Virus record (IMG/VR): IMGVR_UViG_3300031722_000008
Location: 64,001-128,000 of that record
Source of the DNA: a virus
DNA: 64,000 bases
Strand: one strand, 5' to 3'
Below the pieces are notes generated by a model. It was not told the origin of the DNA and searched no databases. It was given only the letters and a program-made list of their open reading frames with translations. A program made the position numbers and the translations under genes. Of the stretch, positions 26,283 to 36,100 are shown one piece after another. Positions within the stretch are counted from its first letter, which is position 1; each line of letters begins with the position of its first letter.

Positions 26283-27313
26283 TGAAGGAAATGAAAAAAA
26301 TCGAACTACAAATGTTACAAGCATTACCACTAGAAATAAAGATAGCAAAAACCATAAGACGGATTATTGAATGGGTTGAATTTTACGGAGAAGAACACTG
26401 CTATATAAGTTTCAGTGGAGGAAAAGACTCTGTAGTATTAACTCATTTAGTTAGAAAATTATATCCAAACATTCCTCTTGTATTCGCTGATACTGGACTT
26501 GAGTATCCCGAAATAAGAGATTTTGTAAAGAAACAAAGTAATGTAACTATGGTTAAACCTAAAATGACCATATCAGAAGTTATCACTAGATATGGATTTC
26601 CAGTTGTAAGTAAGGCAGTATCAGGAAATATATATAAAGTAAGATTTCAAAATCTATGTGCAAGATTTAAGAACTATTTATTGAATGGTGATGAGAGAGG
26701 AAAATTTGGAACAATACCAAAGAAGTGGCAATTTCTTTTAAATGTAGATTTCAAAATAGGTAATGGATGTTGTAATGCCATGAAGAAAGCTCCAATTAAA
26801 CGGTATGAAAAGAAGAGCGGAAGATATGCTATGTTTACAGGAGAAACAGCAGATGAGAGCAGAGATAGAGAGAAAACTTATCTTAAATGGGGCTGTAATG
26901 CATTTTCTAGAAAGTCAGGTCCCAAAAGCACACCAATTGGATTTTGGACAAATAATGATGTACTCGAATATATACATAGAAATCACTTGGAGATTTCAGA
27001 AATATATGGAGATATAATCATTAAAGATTACAGAACACTCCCTGACGAAAGTAAGTATCCTATTTATGATACAACAGGAGAGAAAAGGACAGGATGTATG
27101 TTTTGTTTGTATGGCATTCATATGGAAGATAGTCCTCATAGAATAGATAGAATGCTTACTACTCATCCAAGAATAAGAGATTATTGTTTGAGGGGTGGAA
27201 AATATAATGATGAGGGATTATGGGTACCACATCAAGGATTAGGCTTTGCTCATGTATTGGAAGTTTTAAAAATACCATTTATAAAGATAGGAGAGATTAT
27301 TAATGGAAAATAA
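26282..27313 (+). CDS. PAPS reductase family (PP-loop) protein
   Basis: SFSGGKDS PP-loop, DTGLEYPE, CC..MKK, RTGCMFC; start may be ATG 26291. Confidence 0.9.
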   Translation: MKEMKKIELQMLQALPLEIKIAKTIRRIIEWVEFYGEEHCYISFSGGKDSVVLTHLVRKLYPNIPLVFADTGLEYPEIRDFVKKQSNVTMVKPKMTISEVITRYGFPVVSKAVSGNIYKVRFQNLCARFKNYLLNGDERGKFGTIPKKWQFLLNVDFKIGNGCCNAMKKAPIKRYEKKSGRYAMFTGETADESRDREKTYLKWGCNAFSRKSGPKSTPIGFWTNNDVLEYIHRNHLEISEIYGDIIIKDYRTLPDESKYPIYDTTGEKRTGCMFCLYGIHMEDSPHRIDRMLTTHPRIRDYCLRGGKYNDEGLWVPHQGLGFAHVLEVLKIPFIKIGEIINGK

Positions 27314-27737
27314 AATAAGAATCTTAGGAAAACCAATAGATGTTGAGAAAATGGAACATGCATTATCGGAGTTAGATATGTCTAAAAAGGAAAGTGAATT
27401 AAGACTAGAAATTCAAGATATAATCGATAACAATAAATTAAATGTGAAAGTTTTATGTAACGGAAATGGTATAGTGTCTTACAAAAGAACAATCAAAGAA
27501 TATGAGAAATATAAGAAAGCAGGCACACTAGATAGGCTTTCTGATCATTTCTATAAATTTCTAACATTAGATTGTAATGATATAGCTCATTACAATAAGC
27601 TTGGATATATTGATTACTATGATAATGACTTTAATCTTGTCCAAAAAGAGGTTATTGATAGGACTCTTGCACCTAGATGGAAAACAGATGTAATAAAAAT
27701 ACTAAATGAAATTCAATCGAAAGTGAGGGTATGGTAA
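27303..27737 (+). CDS. Hypothetical protein
   Basis: AGGAG RBS. Confidence 0.65.
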   Translation: MENKIRILGKPIDVEKMEHALSELDMSKKESELRLEIQDIIDNNKLNVKVLCNGNGIVSYKRTIKEYEKYKKAGTLDRLSDHFYKFLTLDCNDIAHYNKLGYIDYYDNDFNLVQKEVIDRTLAPRWKTDVIKILNEIQSKVRVW

Positions 27738-27913
27738 TGACAATAGATGATGCGAAAAATAATATAGGAAATAAGGTTATCTATGAGCGCGCTCATTGCA
27801 AGGCAGAATATGGAGTAATTACATCAGTAAATAGCAGGACTGTTTTTGTTAGATATGGTACTAATGTAAATTCTCAAGGTACTGATCCCGAAGACTTAAC
27901 ATTAGATAAATAA
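27731..27913 (+). CDS. Small SH3/Tudor-like beta protein
   Basis: IGNKVIY...EYGVITSVN...VFVRY...T.PEDL. Confidence 0.55.
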   Translation: MVMTIDDAKNNIGNKVIYERAHCKAEYGVITSVNSRTVFVRYGTNVNSQGTDPEDLTLDK

Positions 27914-27925
27914 GGGGATGATGGC

Positions 27926-28174
27926 ATGGATTTGATGAATGAGGAAATAATAGGAGTACTACCATTAAGTAATGTCATGGCTATCATGATAGCCATGACA
28001 GAAGAAGAAGATTATATTTATTATCAATGGTCAGATGAAAATGAAGCTATTAAAACTGATTTATTTTGTGATGGTGATGGACAAGCTTATTTTGAAGTAG
28101 AGGGTGGAGACAAATATTATACAAGAGATTTTGTAAAAATAGATAAGAGGGTGAGAGAGTTATGTCAGAAGTAA
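27926..28174 (+). CDS. Small acidic protein
   Basis: AAGGGG RBS. Confidence 0.6.
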   Translation: MDLMNEEIIGVLPLSNVMAIMIAMTEEEDYIYYQWSDENEAIKTDLFCDGDGQAYFEVEGGDKYYTRDFVKIDKRVRELCQK

Positions 28175-28746
28175 TAATAATAGATGGTATTCCTTATACA
28201 AAATCAAATAAGAGAATGAGATATAATCCTGAATTTTGCGAAAATCATGGAGAGCCATATACTGATGATGATTTAATATATATCTGTTCTGTTAGCGAAG
28301 GCATGAAAAAAGGGGATATAGCTATGGCCATTGGGAAAACTCATGGTTCAATATTGAATAAACTTTATTTATTAAAACATCGCTATTTCAATAAAGAAAA
28401 AGAAATAACAATGTTTGATTATTATAAAGGAGTGGCAGATGGTAAATATGAGCAAATTGATTTGAAGAGAAGATATCGATCAGATTTACCAAATAACGGA
28501 AAAGCTTATAAAACTGAAGAATTAATATATATGTGTTTTAATTATGATAAATTATCAAAAAATGAAATAGCCATTGAAATAGGAAAAACTCAAGTAGGGA
28601 TAAGAGGTAAGGTTGGCAAATTAAAACATGAATATTTCAATAAAGAAAAGAAAATAACAATGTTCGATTATTATAAAGATTTGGGGGATAAAAAATATGG
28701 CAAAGAAAAAGATAATGATTCAGATACCATTGATAAAGTATCTTAA
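28162..28746 (+). CDS. Protein with two tandem Myb/HTH-like repeats
   Basis: YTDDDLIYIC...IAMAIGKT...LKHRYFNKEKEITMFDYYK repeated as YKTEELIYMC...IAIEIGKT...LKHEYFNKEKKITMFDYYK. Confidence 0.7.
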   Translation: MSEVIIIDGIPYTKSNKRMRYNPEFCENHGEPYTDDDLIYICSVSEGMKKGDIAMAIGKTHGSILNKLYLLKHRYFNKEKEITMFDYYKGVADGKYEQIDLKRRYRSDLPNNGKAYKTEELIYMCFNYDKLSKNEIAIEIGKTQVGIRGKVGKLKHEYFNKEKKITMFDYYKDLGDKKYGKEKDNDSDTIDKVS

Positions 28747-29005
28747 AGAGATAACAAAAGATTGGGGAAAATCAGAGCAAATATTTGTAACAAAAACTTA
28801 CGGTGGCTGGGTAATAATATCTGATGAAGAACCACCAACATTAGATAAGGCAGAGGGACCTAATCATTATGAGTTTGATAATTGTATGGCATGGATGAAG
28901 TTACCTAGAGAAATACATGAGCATATCGATTTGAAGCGTGGCGAAAATAAGACATTAGATAAAGTACTTTATGAATTAGATGAGAAAGAAAAGAATTTGA
29001 AATAG
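28697..29005 (+). CDS. Hypothetical protein
   Basis: GGGGG RBS. Confidence 0.6.
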   Translation: MAKKKIMIQIPLIKYLKEITKDWGKSEQIFVTKTYGGWVIISDEEPPTLDKAEGPNHYEFDNCMAWMKLPREIHEHIDLKRGENKTLDKVLYELDEKEKNLK

Positions 29006-29007
29006 AG

Positions 29008-29553
29008 GTGCTTATGGAAGAAAAATATATACACATCGATGATTTAAATGTTCATGCAGCAATCACTATGTTTTTACTTAAAAATATAAAAGAAGCAATG
29101 AAGTTGGAAAAGGATATTTTTATCTGTGCCTATGCAATAGATAAAAATATAGGTGATTCGGTTGGTCCACTCGTGGGATATAAAATAAGGAACATGAATC
29201 AAAATAAAATGATTGTTTGTGGTTCACTTGAGAATACATTTCAAGCTCTAAATATTGAAACTGTCCACAATACTATATCCAATAGTTTTGATAATTTATA
29301 TATAATAGCTATAGATGCTTGTTTAGGTGATTATAGGGATATAGGAAAAATACTTTTAAAATATGGCTCGGTACGACCTGGTGCAGGTGTTAATAAAAAA
29401 ATTCCTCCAGTAGGCGATATAAGTATAAAAGCTATTGTTGATGATTCTGATGATTATGAATTCTTTCCTCATAAACCTATGAGATTAAATTTCATAATGA
29501 GATTTGCTGATATTATCTCGGAGGCTATACTGAAAGTGAATAGTATCATATAA
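29008..29553 (+). CDS. yyaC: Spore protease YyaC family (DUF1256)
   Basis: GDSVGPLVG, IIAIDACLG, PGAGVNKKIPPVGDISI motifs. Confidence 0.85.
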   Translation: MLMEEKYIHIDDLNVHAAITMFLLKNIKEAMKLEKDIFICAYAIDKNIGDSVGPLVGYKIRNMNQNKMIVCGSLENTFQALNIETVHNTISNSFDNLYIIAIDACLGDYRDIGKILLKYGSVRPGAGVNKKIPPVGDISIKAIVDDSDDYEFFPHKPMRLNFIMRFADIISEAILKVNSII

Positions 29554-29627
29554 TATCTGTACGGGACTACAATTTGGTGGTAAACTTAATGTCATGCGGG
29601 TGGGAATGATAAGAATTGAGGTGAAAA

Positions 29628-29825
29628 GTGATGGAAAAATACGCAGTAGATTCAGCAATGATAGTAGCATCAGATGACCAATTATCAACAATTAAACAGT
29701 TAGTTAACGTAGTTGGTTCAGATGAAGCAGGTGATATCACAGTAAAAACAGCTAGCCAAGCAGAAAAGGTAATCAAAGATTTAGAAAGTAAAGTAAGGAG
29801 ATGTCAAAATGGCAGAAACAAATAG
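29628..29825 (+). CDS. Small helical protein, likely paralog of next gene
   Basis: ASDDQLSTIKQL...TASQAEKVIKDL. Confidence 0.55.
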   Translation: MMEKYAVDSAMIVASDDQLSTIKQLVNVVGSDEAGDITVKTASQAEKVIKDLESKVRRCQNGRNK

Positions 29826-30078
29826 GAATCTTTTCAATGCATTTCCTACATTAGAACAATATGAAGCAGATGAACATTATTGCGTTAATGACAGAGACTT
29901 AAATAAATGCACAGGTAAACAGAGAGCCTACATTCATGGACTATTAGATAAAGCTCATATGGACGAAGAAGAACTTTTCCAAAGCTTAGGTATTGATGCT
30001 GAAACACTGAAAGACTTTACTATTGAAAATGCAGGAGAAGCAATAGATTATCTTAAAAGTGAATTAGGTTGGAATTAA
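29809..30078 (+). CDS. Small helical protein
   Basis: CTGKQRAYIHGL...FTIENAGEAIDYL. Confidence 0.6.
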   Translation: MAETNRNLFNAFPTLEQYEADEHYCVNDRDLNKCTGKQRAYIHGLLDKAHMDEEELFQSLGIDAETLKDFTIENAGEAIDYLKSELGWN

Positions 30079-30097
30079 ATTCGAGGGGGGAACTTAA

Positions 30098-30379
30098 GTG
30101 TCAATAGAAATTACAAGAGGATCAGAAAGTAAAACTAAAATCATTCAAGATGCTATAGACTTACTAAGTAAAGCTATCTTAAATGGAGATTTAGTAATAA
30201 ATGTTAAAAATAACTTAAATCAAGATATAGTACTCTACGTTAAAGAAGTATCTAATAGAACAGTAAATCTAGAGATACTTGAACCAAATACCAAGATGCA
30301 CATTCAATGCGAAAATGTTGAAAAACTTACATTATTGGATAGCAATATTCAACTATCAATTAAAATAGTTTTAAATTAA
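30098..30379 (+). CDS. Hypothetical protein
   Basis: GAGGGGG RBS, GTG start. Confidence 0.6.
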   Translation: MSIEITRGSESKTKIIQDAIDLLSKAILNGDLVINVKNNLNQDIVLYVKEVSNRTVNLEILEPNTKMHIQCENVEKLTLLDSNIQLSIKIVLN

Positions 30380-30396
30380 ATTTGAGGGGGATAACT

Positions 30397-31302
30397 ATGA
30401 ATATCAATGAATTATTAACAAAGACAACAGGAGAACAAGTAACATTTAAGGCTGTATTAACTAAGAAGGATTTAGCTCCAAAGAATGGTGGAGGGAACTT
30501 TTTAAATATCGGACTTACAGATGCCGATAAAAGATTTACTTTTCCTATATTCGATGAAGTTGAAAAATATGATAAAGGGTTAGTGCAAGGCGTAGCTTAT
30601 TTAGTTGCTGGAACAGTTAATATATGGAACGGTAATCTTCAATTGAAAAATGTGAGATTTAGATCATTAAAGCAAGACGAATATACTGCTGGTGAATTTA
30701 TATCTAGTTATGAAGTTTCTGATGCACTTATCCAAAACTTCAAAAATACAATCAATGATCTTTGTGAGCCTTATAAGACAATTGCTGAACATGCATTTGG
30801 ATTAAAGGGTGATGCAGAAAGATGGACAAAATTCATGACTTGCCCATCAGCAGAAAGTAAACATGGAAATAAAATTGCTGGTCTATTTCTTCATTCAATG
30901 GGTGTTCTAGGAAATATAGTCAATATGAGAAAAATGTACGAAAAGTTAGATATGTACGGAAATGTAGATCAAGCAATTAACTGGGATAGATTAAAACTTA
31001 AAGCTATGATTCATGATTATAAGAAAGTTGATGAATATGAGTATGACACATATATAAGAAGAATACCTAGTGTTGTTGGACATATTTATGATGGAGTAGC
31101 TTATATAGATGAGATAAACAAGGAATGTGATAATATCTTATCTAGAGAAGAGTTAGAAAATATTAAGACAGCTATACTTTCTCATCATGGACAATATGGA
31201 CCTCAACAACCTAAGAGTGAAGAAGACATGTTACTTCACTTATCAGACATGATAGATTCAAGAATAGTTGGTAGAATGGAAGACTGTTCCTTAGAACAAT
31301 AA
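30397..31302 (+). CDS. YhaM/Cbf1-like OB-fold plus HD-domain 3'-5' exonuclease
   Basis: N-terminal OB fold; H...GLFLH, HD..K..EY, GH, SHHG, D..DS motifs. Confidence 0.85.
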   Translation: MNINELLTKTTGEQVTFKAVLTKKDLAPKNGGGNFLNIGLTDADKRFTFPIFDEVEKYDKGLVQGVAYLVAGTVNIWNGNLQLKNVRFRSLKQDEYTAGEFISSYEVSDALIQNFKNTINDLCEPYKTIAEHAFGLKGDAERWTKFMTCPSAESKHGNKIAGLFLHSMGVLGNIVNMRKMYEKLDMYGNVDQAINWDRLKLKAMIHDYKKVDEYEYDTYIRRIPSVVGHIYDGVAYIDEINKECDNILSREELENIKTAILSHHGQYGPQQPKSEEDMLLHLSDMIDSRIVGRMEDCSLEQ

Positions 31303-31305
31303 AAA

Positions 31306-31338
31306 AATATGGGGTTGCGATAATCGCAACTCCATATT
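31306..31338 (+). terminator. Hairpin terminator
   Basis: AATATGGGGTTGCGA-TAA-TCGCAACTCCATATT. Confidence 0.55.
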
Positions 31339-31434
31339 AATAAAAAAAGGAGGAACTCAAAAAATAACACTTAGTAAGAAGACCTTATATTCATTTTAGA
31401 CCTATATTACACATAAAGCAAGGAGGCGATTAGT

Positions 31435-31701
31435 GTGGATGAAAATAAAGTTGAAAACACTAATGAAGTTGCAGACAGTAATGAAGAAATCCAATATATG
31501 GACGAGGCAACGTTCAAGGAACATTTAAAGCAAACCTTTGGTGAAGTATATACATTGAAGGGTTTAAAAAAGAAATATGTTATTGAAAGCGTGGCATATG
31601 GAGGAGTGTTATGTACCAATAAAAAAACAGGATCCATGTGTATATTTATGGACGTAAAATCTGAGACAACACAGTATTTTTATAAATCTGGGGGATTATA
31701 A
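31435..31701 (+). CDS. Hypothetical protein
   Basis: AGGAGG RBS, GTG start. Confidence 0.65.
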   Translation: MDENKVENTNEVADSNEEIQYMDEATFKEHLKQTFGEVYTLKGLKKKYVIESVAYGGVLCTNKKTGSMCIFMDVKSETTQYFYKSGGL

Positions 31702-31845
31702 ATGTTTTTAATTGCAACATTAGTTTTAACTGTATTAAGTTGTTTTAATTTTGCTATCGCTAAAAAGAAAAATGGTATAGCGATTTTCGCAGGAATAGGA
31801 TGCTTACTTTTAGCAGTATTAGTATTAATAATTGGGACTATGTAA
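31702..31845 (+). CDS. Small two-TM protein, 47 aa (not in ORF track)
   Basis: MFLIATLVLTVLSCFNFAIAKKKNGIAIFAGIGCLLLAVLVLIIGTM; GGGGG RBS. Confidence 0.55.
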   Translation: MFLIATLVLTVLSCFNFAIAKKKNGIAIFAGIGCLLLAVLVLIIGTM

Positions 31846-31864
31846 ATCGAGGGAGAGGATAATA

Positions 31865-33142
31865 TTGAAATCAATTATAAGAGTGACATATATCAATTTC
31901 AAATGTCACAAGTATCTAGTTTTAGACTTCTCTAAATTAACCTGTTTAGTTGGCGCTTCGGACAAAGGTAAGTCAGCTAGTATCAAGGGAATTAAATGGT
32001 GTCTTTTTAATAAGTATTCAGGTAGTATTATTAATTTTGATGCCACACAAGCTACGGTAATAGTAGAATTTGATGATGGGACTATAATAAAAAGAAGCAT
32101 AGGTTCTGAAGATAATACTTATAATATAACTTATAGTGATGGCAGAGAACTTGAAATGAAAGACTTTGGTGCAGGAACTATAAAAGAAGTAGCAGAAGCT
32201 CATGGTATGCTGGACTCTGATTTTTTCAGAAATATAGGAAACCAATTAGACAAAGCATTCTTTTTAGGAGAAACTCCAACAAATAAAGGTGCGTTAATTG
32301 GTAAGTTAGCACAAACAGATGTTATTGATTTATCCATCAGTAATACTGGTAGTGAAATCAGAGCCAAGAATGCAAAACATAAGGAATATAAAAAAGACTT
32401 AAAAGAAACTAAGGCAAGTTTAGCTGACTTGAAAGGTCTTCCTTCTATGGAAAAAGCTATCGAGTATGCTGAGAAAAGACAAGAGAAGATATTATATTTA
32501 GAAAACAAATTAAAAAATATCAACAGTGCAGTTAAGAAATTAGGTGAATATAAATCCAAAAAAGAGCAAATGGAGAAAGTGGCATCATGTACCGATGTAT
32601 CCGAAGAAGCTATAAAATTACTTGATGAAGCTATTGATATTAATGAAAAAATAAGCACAATTAAGAAAACATTAGATTCTCTTAATTCTTATAAAAAGAA
32701 GTCTGCATCAGCTAAAGAAATAATTGACAGGGTAAGCATAGAAGATATTAGTGTTGCTATTGAGCAAATCGATGAGATTATATTATTGACAACTAATATT
32801 AAAAATATGAAAGATAGAAATGCCCGATTGAAAGAACTACTCAAAAAGAAATTTGAATTAGAGGAATTACCAAAAAGCGAAGATATTGATTCAGTTATTG
32901 AAAATTTAGATAAAGGAATAGAAATTCTAGAATCTCTATCTAGAATAAAACCTGTTAATGATAAATATAAGAAAGAAATTTTAAGAAAAGAAAATGGAGA
33001 AAAGGTTATTGAAGATTTAGACAAAAAACATGATGACGTAGTTGAAGAATACAAAAATGGATTACGTGAGTCAAAACGTTGCGAAGTATGTATGTCCGTA
33101 ATGACAGAAGAACATATTCACAATATAGAAGAATATATGTAG
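31865..33142 (+). CDS. SbcC/Rad50-like ATPase, N-terminal half (Walker A, coiled coil, zinc hook)
   Basis: INFKCH, GASDKGKS Walker A, Q-loop NQLD..F, long coiled coil, CEVC hook near C-terminus; TTG start after GAGG. Confidence 0.8.
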   Translation: MKSIIRVTYINFKCHKYLVLDFSKLTCLVGASDKGKSASIKGIKWCLFNKYSGSIINFDATQATVIVEFDDGTIIKRSIGSEDNTYNITYSDGRELEMKDFGAGTIKEVAEAHGMLDSDFFRNIGNQLDKAFFLGETPTNKGALIGKLAQTDVIDLSISNTGSEIRAKNAKHKEYKKDLKETKASLADLKGLPSMEKAIEYAEKRQEKILYLENKLKNINSAVKKLGEYKSKKEQMEKVASCTDVSEEAIKLLDEAIDINEKISTIKKTLDSLNSYKKKSASAKEIIDRVSIEDISVAIEQIDEIILLTTNIKNMKDRNARLKELLKKKFELEELPKSEDIDSVIENLDKGIEILESLSRIKPVNDKYKKEILRKENGEKVIEDLDKKHDDVVEEYKNGLRESKRCEVCMSVMTEEHIHNIEEYM

Positions 33143-33153
33143 GAGGGTCAATT

Positions 33154-36100
33154 ATGGCATGCAAATTTTATCAGTTACACGATCATACAGAGAAAAGCTT
33201 AAATGATGGTATGATTAAAGTTAAAAAGCTTGCAAAGAAATTAAAAGAACAGGGCGTAGATAAATTTGCTGTTACTGAACATGGAGAAATGATGGATATG
33301 CCCGCAGCGTATTTAGCGCTTAAAGATGAAGATATCGAACTTATCGTTGGAATGGAAACATATGTTGCTCCAAGAAAAAGAAGTGATAAGGAAAAAAGCG
33401 AAGGTGATGATGCTAATTATCATCTAGTACTTCTTGCGGAAAACAACGAAGGCTATGATAACCTTAAAATCCTTGCATCTGAAGCTGCACTGAACGGATT
33501 TTACTATAAGCCTAGAGTAGATAAGGAACTTCTTAGACAATACCATAAGGGCATCATAGCATCAAGTGCTTGTCTTGGAGGAAGTATAAATCAATTCCTT
33601 TTAGAAGATAAATATGAAGAAGCTAAATTAGAGGCTCTTGAATATTTAGATATATTTGGTGAAGGGAATTTCTTCTTAGAACTTCAAAGGCATGGACTTA
33701 GAGAACAAGAGCAGATTGAGCCTATGATTCTTAGATTAAGTAGAGAAACTGGAATACCACTCATAGCAACTAATGATTGTCATTACCTAAATAAAGAAGA
33801 TTGGGAAGCTCACGATATACTTATGGCAATTCAAGCAGGAACAACTATTGATGATACTAAGAGAAAAATTTATACTTCTCATGAGTTTTATGTAAAGTCT
33901 CCCGAAGAAATGATTCATCTGTTTCGTGACGTACCCGAAGCTATAGAAAACACCGTAAGAATAGCAGATAGGTGTCACGTTGAATTAGAATTTGGAGTTA
34001 ATAAAATACCACCATTCAAACTTCCAAATGGATACAAAGGCACGGAGAATGATTTTTTAAGGGAAATAGTTGAAGGCAATGCTAAAATAAAATATTCAGG
34101 AATATCAGAAGAAGTTCAAGAAAGAATAGATTTTGAACTTGAAGTAATTGAAAGAATGGGATATGTAAACTACTTCCTTATTAATTGGGACTTCTTTAGA
34201 TTCTGTAGAGAGGGTACTTATGAAATAGAAGATGCTCCAAATACTGATTGGGACCCAATACTAACAGGTCCTGGTAGAGGTTCGGGAGCTGGATCAATAG
34301 TTGCTTATTGTACTGATATTACTAAAATTGAACCACTCCAGTTCAATTTATTATTTGAAAGATTCTTATCGCCGGAAAGAGTATCAATGCCGGATATCGA
34401 TAGTGATTTCGAAGATACTCGAAGACAAGAAGTTATTGATTATGTTGTATATAAATATGGAAGAGAATGTATATCTCAAATAATAACTTTTGGAACACTA
34501 GCAGCGAGAGCAGTAATAAGAAGAGTGGGGAAAGCATTGGATTATCCATACGCAGTATGTGACAAAATAGCAAAATCTATACCTGCAGAAGTTGGAATAA
34601 CAATAGAAAAGGCACTGGCAGTAAATCAGTCACTTAGAAAAGCATATGATACTGATAAGAGTATAAAGCGCTTATTGGACTTCTCTATGCAATTAGAAGG
34701 TTTAGTTACTAGTTGTAGTACTCATGCGGCAGGAGTACTAATAACTGATAAGAAAGGTGTTACAGCCCATGTTCCTTTATGGGAAAATAAAGGTGGAATT
34801 GTTGCTCAATTCTCTAAGGATTATATTGAGATGCTAGGACTTCTTAAGATGGATTTCTTAGGACTTGGTACATTAGGTATTCTTGGTGATGCAAAAAGAA
34901 TGATTAGAGCAAATCATGGAGTTAATATTGATTTTGATGAATTATATAAACTACCAACAATGGAACCACTACAACTTATAAGGGATGGAAAGACTGAATG
35001 CTTATTCCAATTAAATGGAGCAGGTATGACAGCATTTATGAAAGAATTAAAGCCAAACAGTATAGAAGATATAATTCTAGGTATCTCTATGTACAGACCA
35101 GGACCTATGGCTGAAATACCAAAACTTCTATATAGTAAAAGAAATCCTAATAGTATCACATATGAGGTTGATGGACTTAAATATATTCTTGACCCTACTT
35201 ATGGAAGTATTGTATATCAGGAACAATGTATGCAAATAGTTGTTGCGATAGCAGGATTCTCTAAGGCAGACAGCGATAACTTTAGGCGTATTATATCTAA
35301 GAAGAAATTAAAAGAAATGCCAAAACAACGTGAATGGTTCGTTCATGGAAGAAAGAAAGATGATTATGATTATGAAGGGCATCTTAGGCACTACAAAGCA
35401 GATATACTAGGAGGAGTAGCTTTAGGTCATAGCGAAGAGGCACTGAATAAGTTATTCGATAAGATGGTTGACTTCGCCGCTTATGCTTTCAATAAATCCC
35501 ATGCTGCTGCTTATGCTTTTGTTGGATATTTAACTGCATGGTTTATGAAATATTATCCTGTAGAATTTATGGCTGCTAATCTTAATGCTGTTCAAAAGAA
35601 TAGAGCCAAGATTGCGCGGTATATGAATTATGCAAGGAAAGAATTGAATCTCGAAATTTTAGAGCCTGATATAAATGAATCAGTAGAAAGATTTAAAGCT
35701 ACAAAAGATGGAAAGATAATGTATACTCTATCAATAAAAGGAGCATCTATTGATTGTTTAAAGAGAATAGTCGAAGAAAGAGAAACTAATGGTAAATTCG
35801 AGAATCTTATCGATTTTATAGCTAGAACGAGAAATTTCCTAGATAAAAAGACTTATGAGGGATTAATAGGATCAGGAGCATTAAAATGTTTTGGAATAAT
35901 AAAATCTCAACATTTAGCAGCACTTGATGATTTCTGGGATGGATGCCTTAAGAAAACTAAAGATTCCGAAAAGAATGCTTTAAAGAAAAACAAAGACTTT
36001 AATTTCGAAGAAATATTGCTAGGAAAAATAGATGGATTATTACCAAATATAAATGAATATCCTAAAGATATAGATTTAAGACTTGAAAAAGAGTTCCTAG

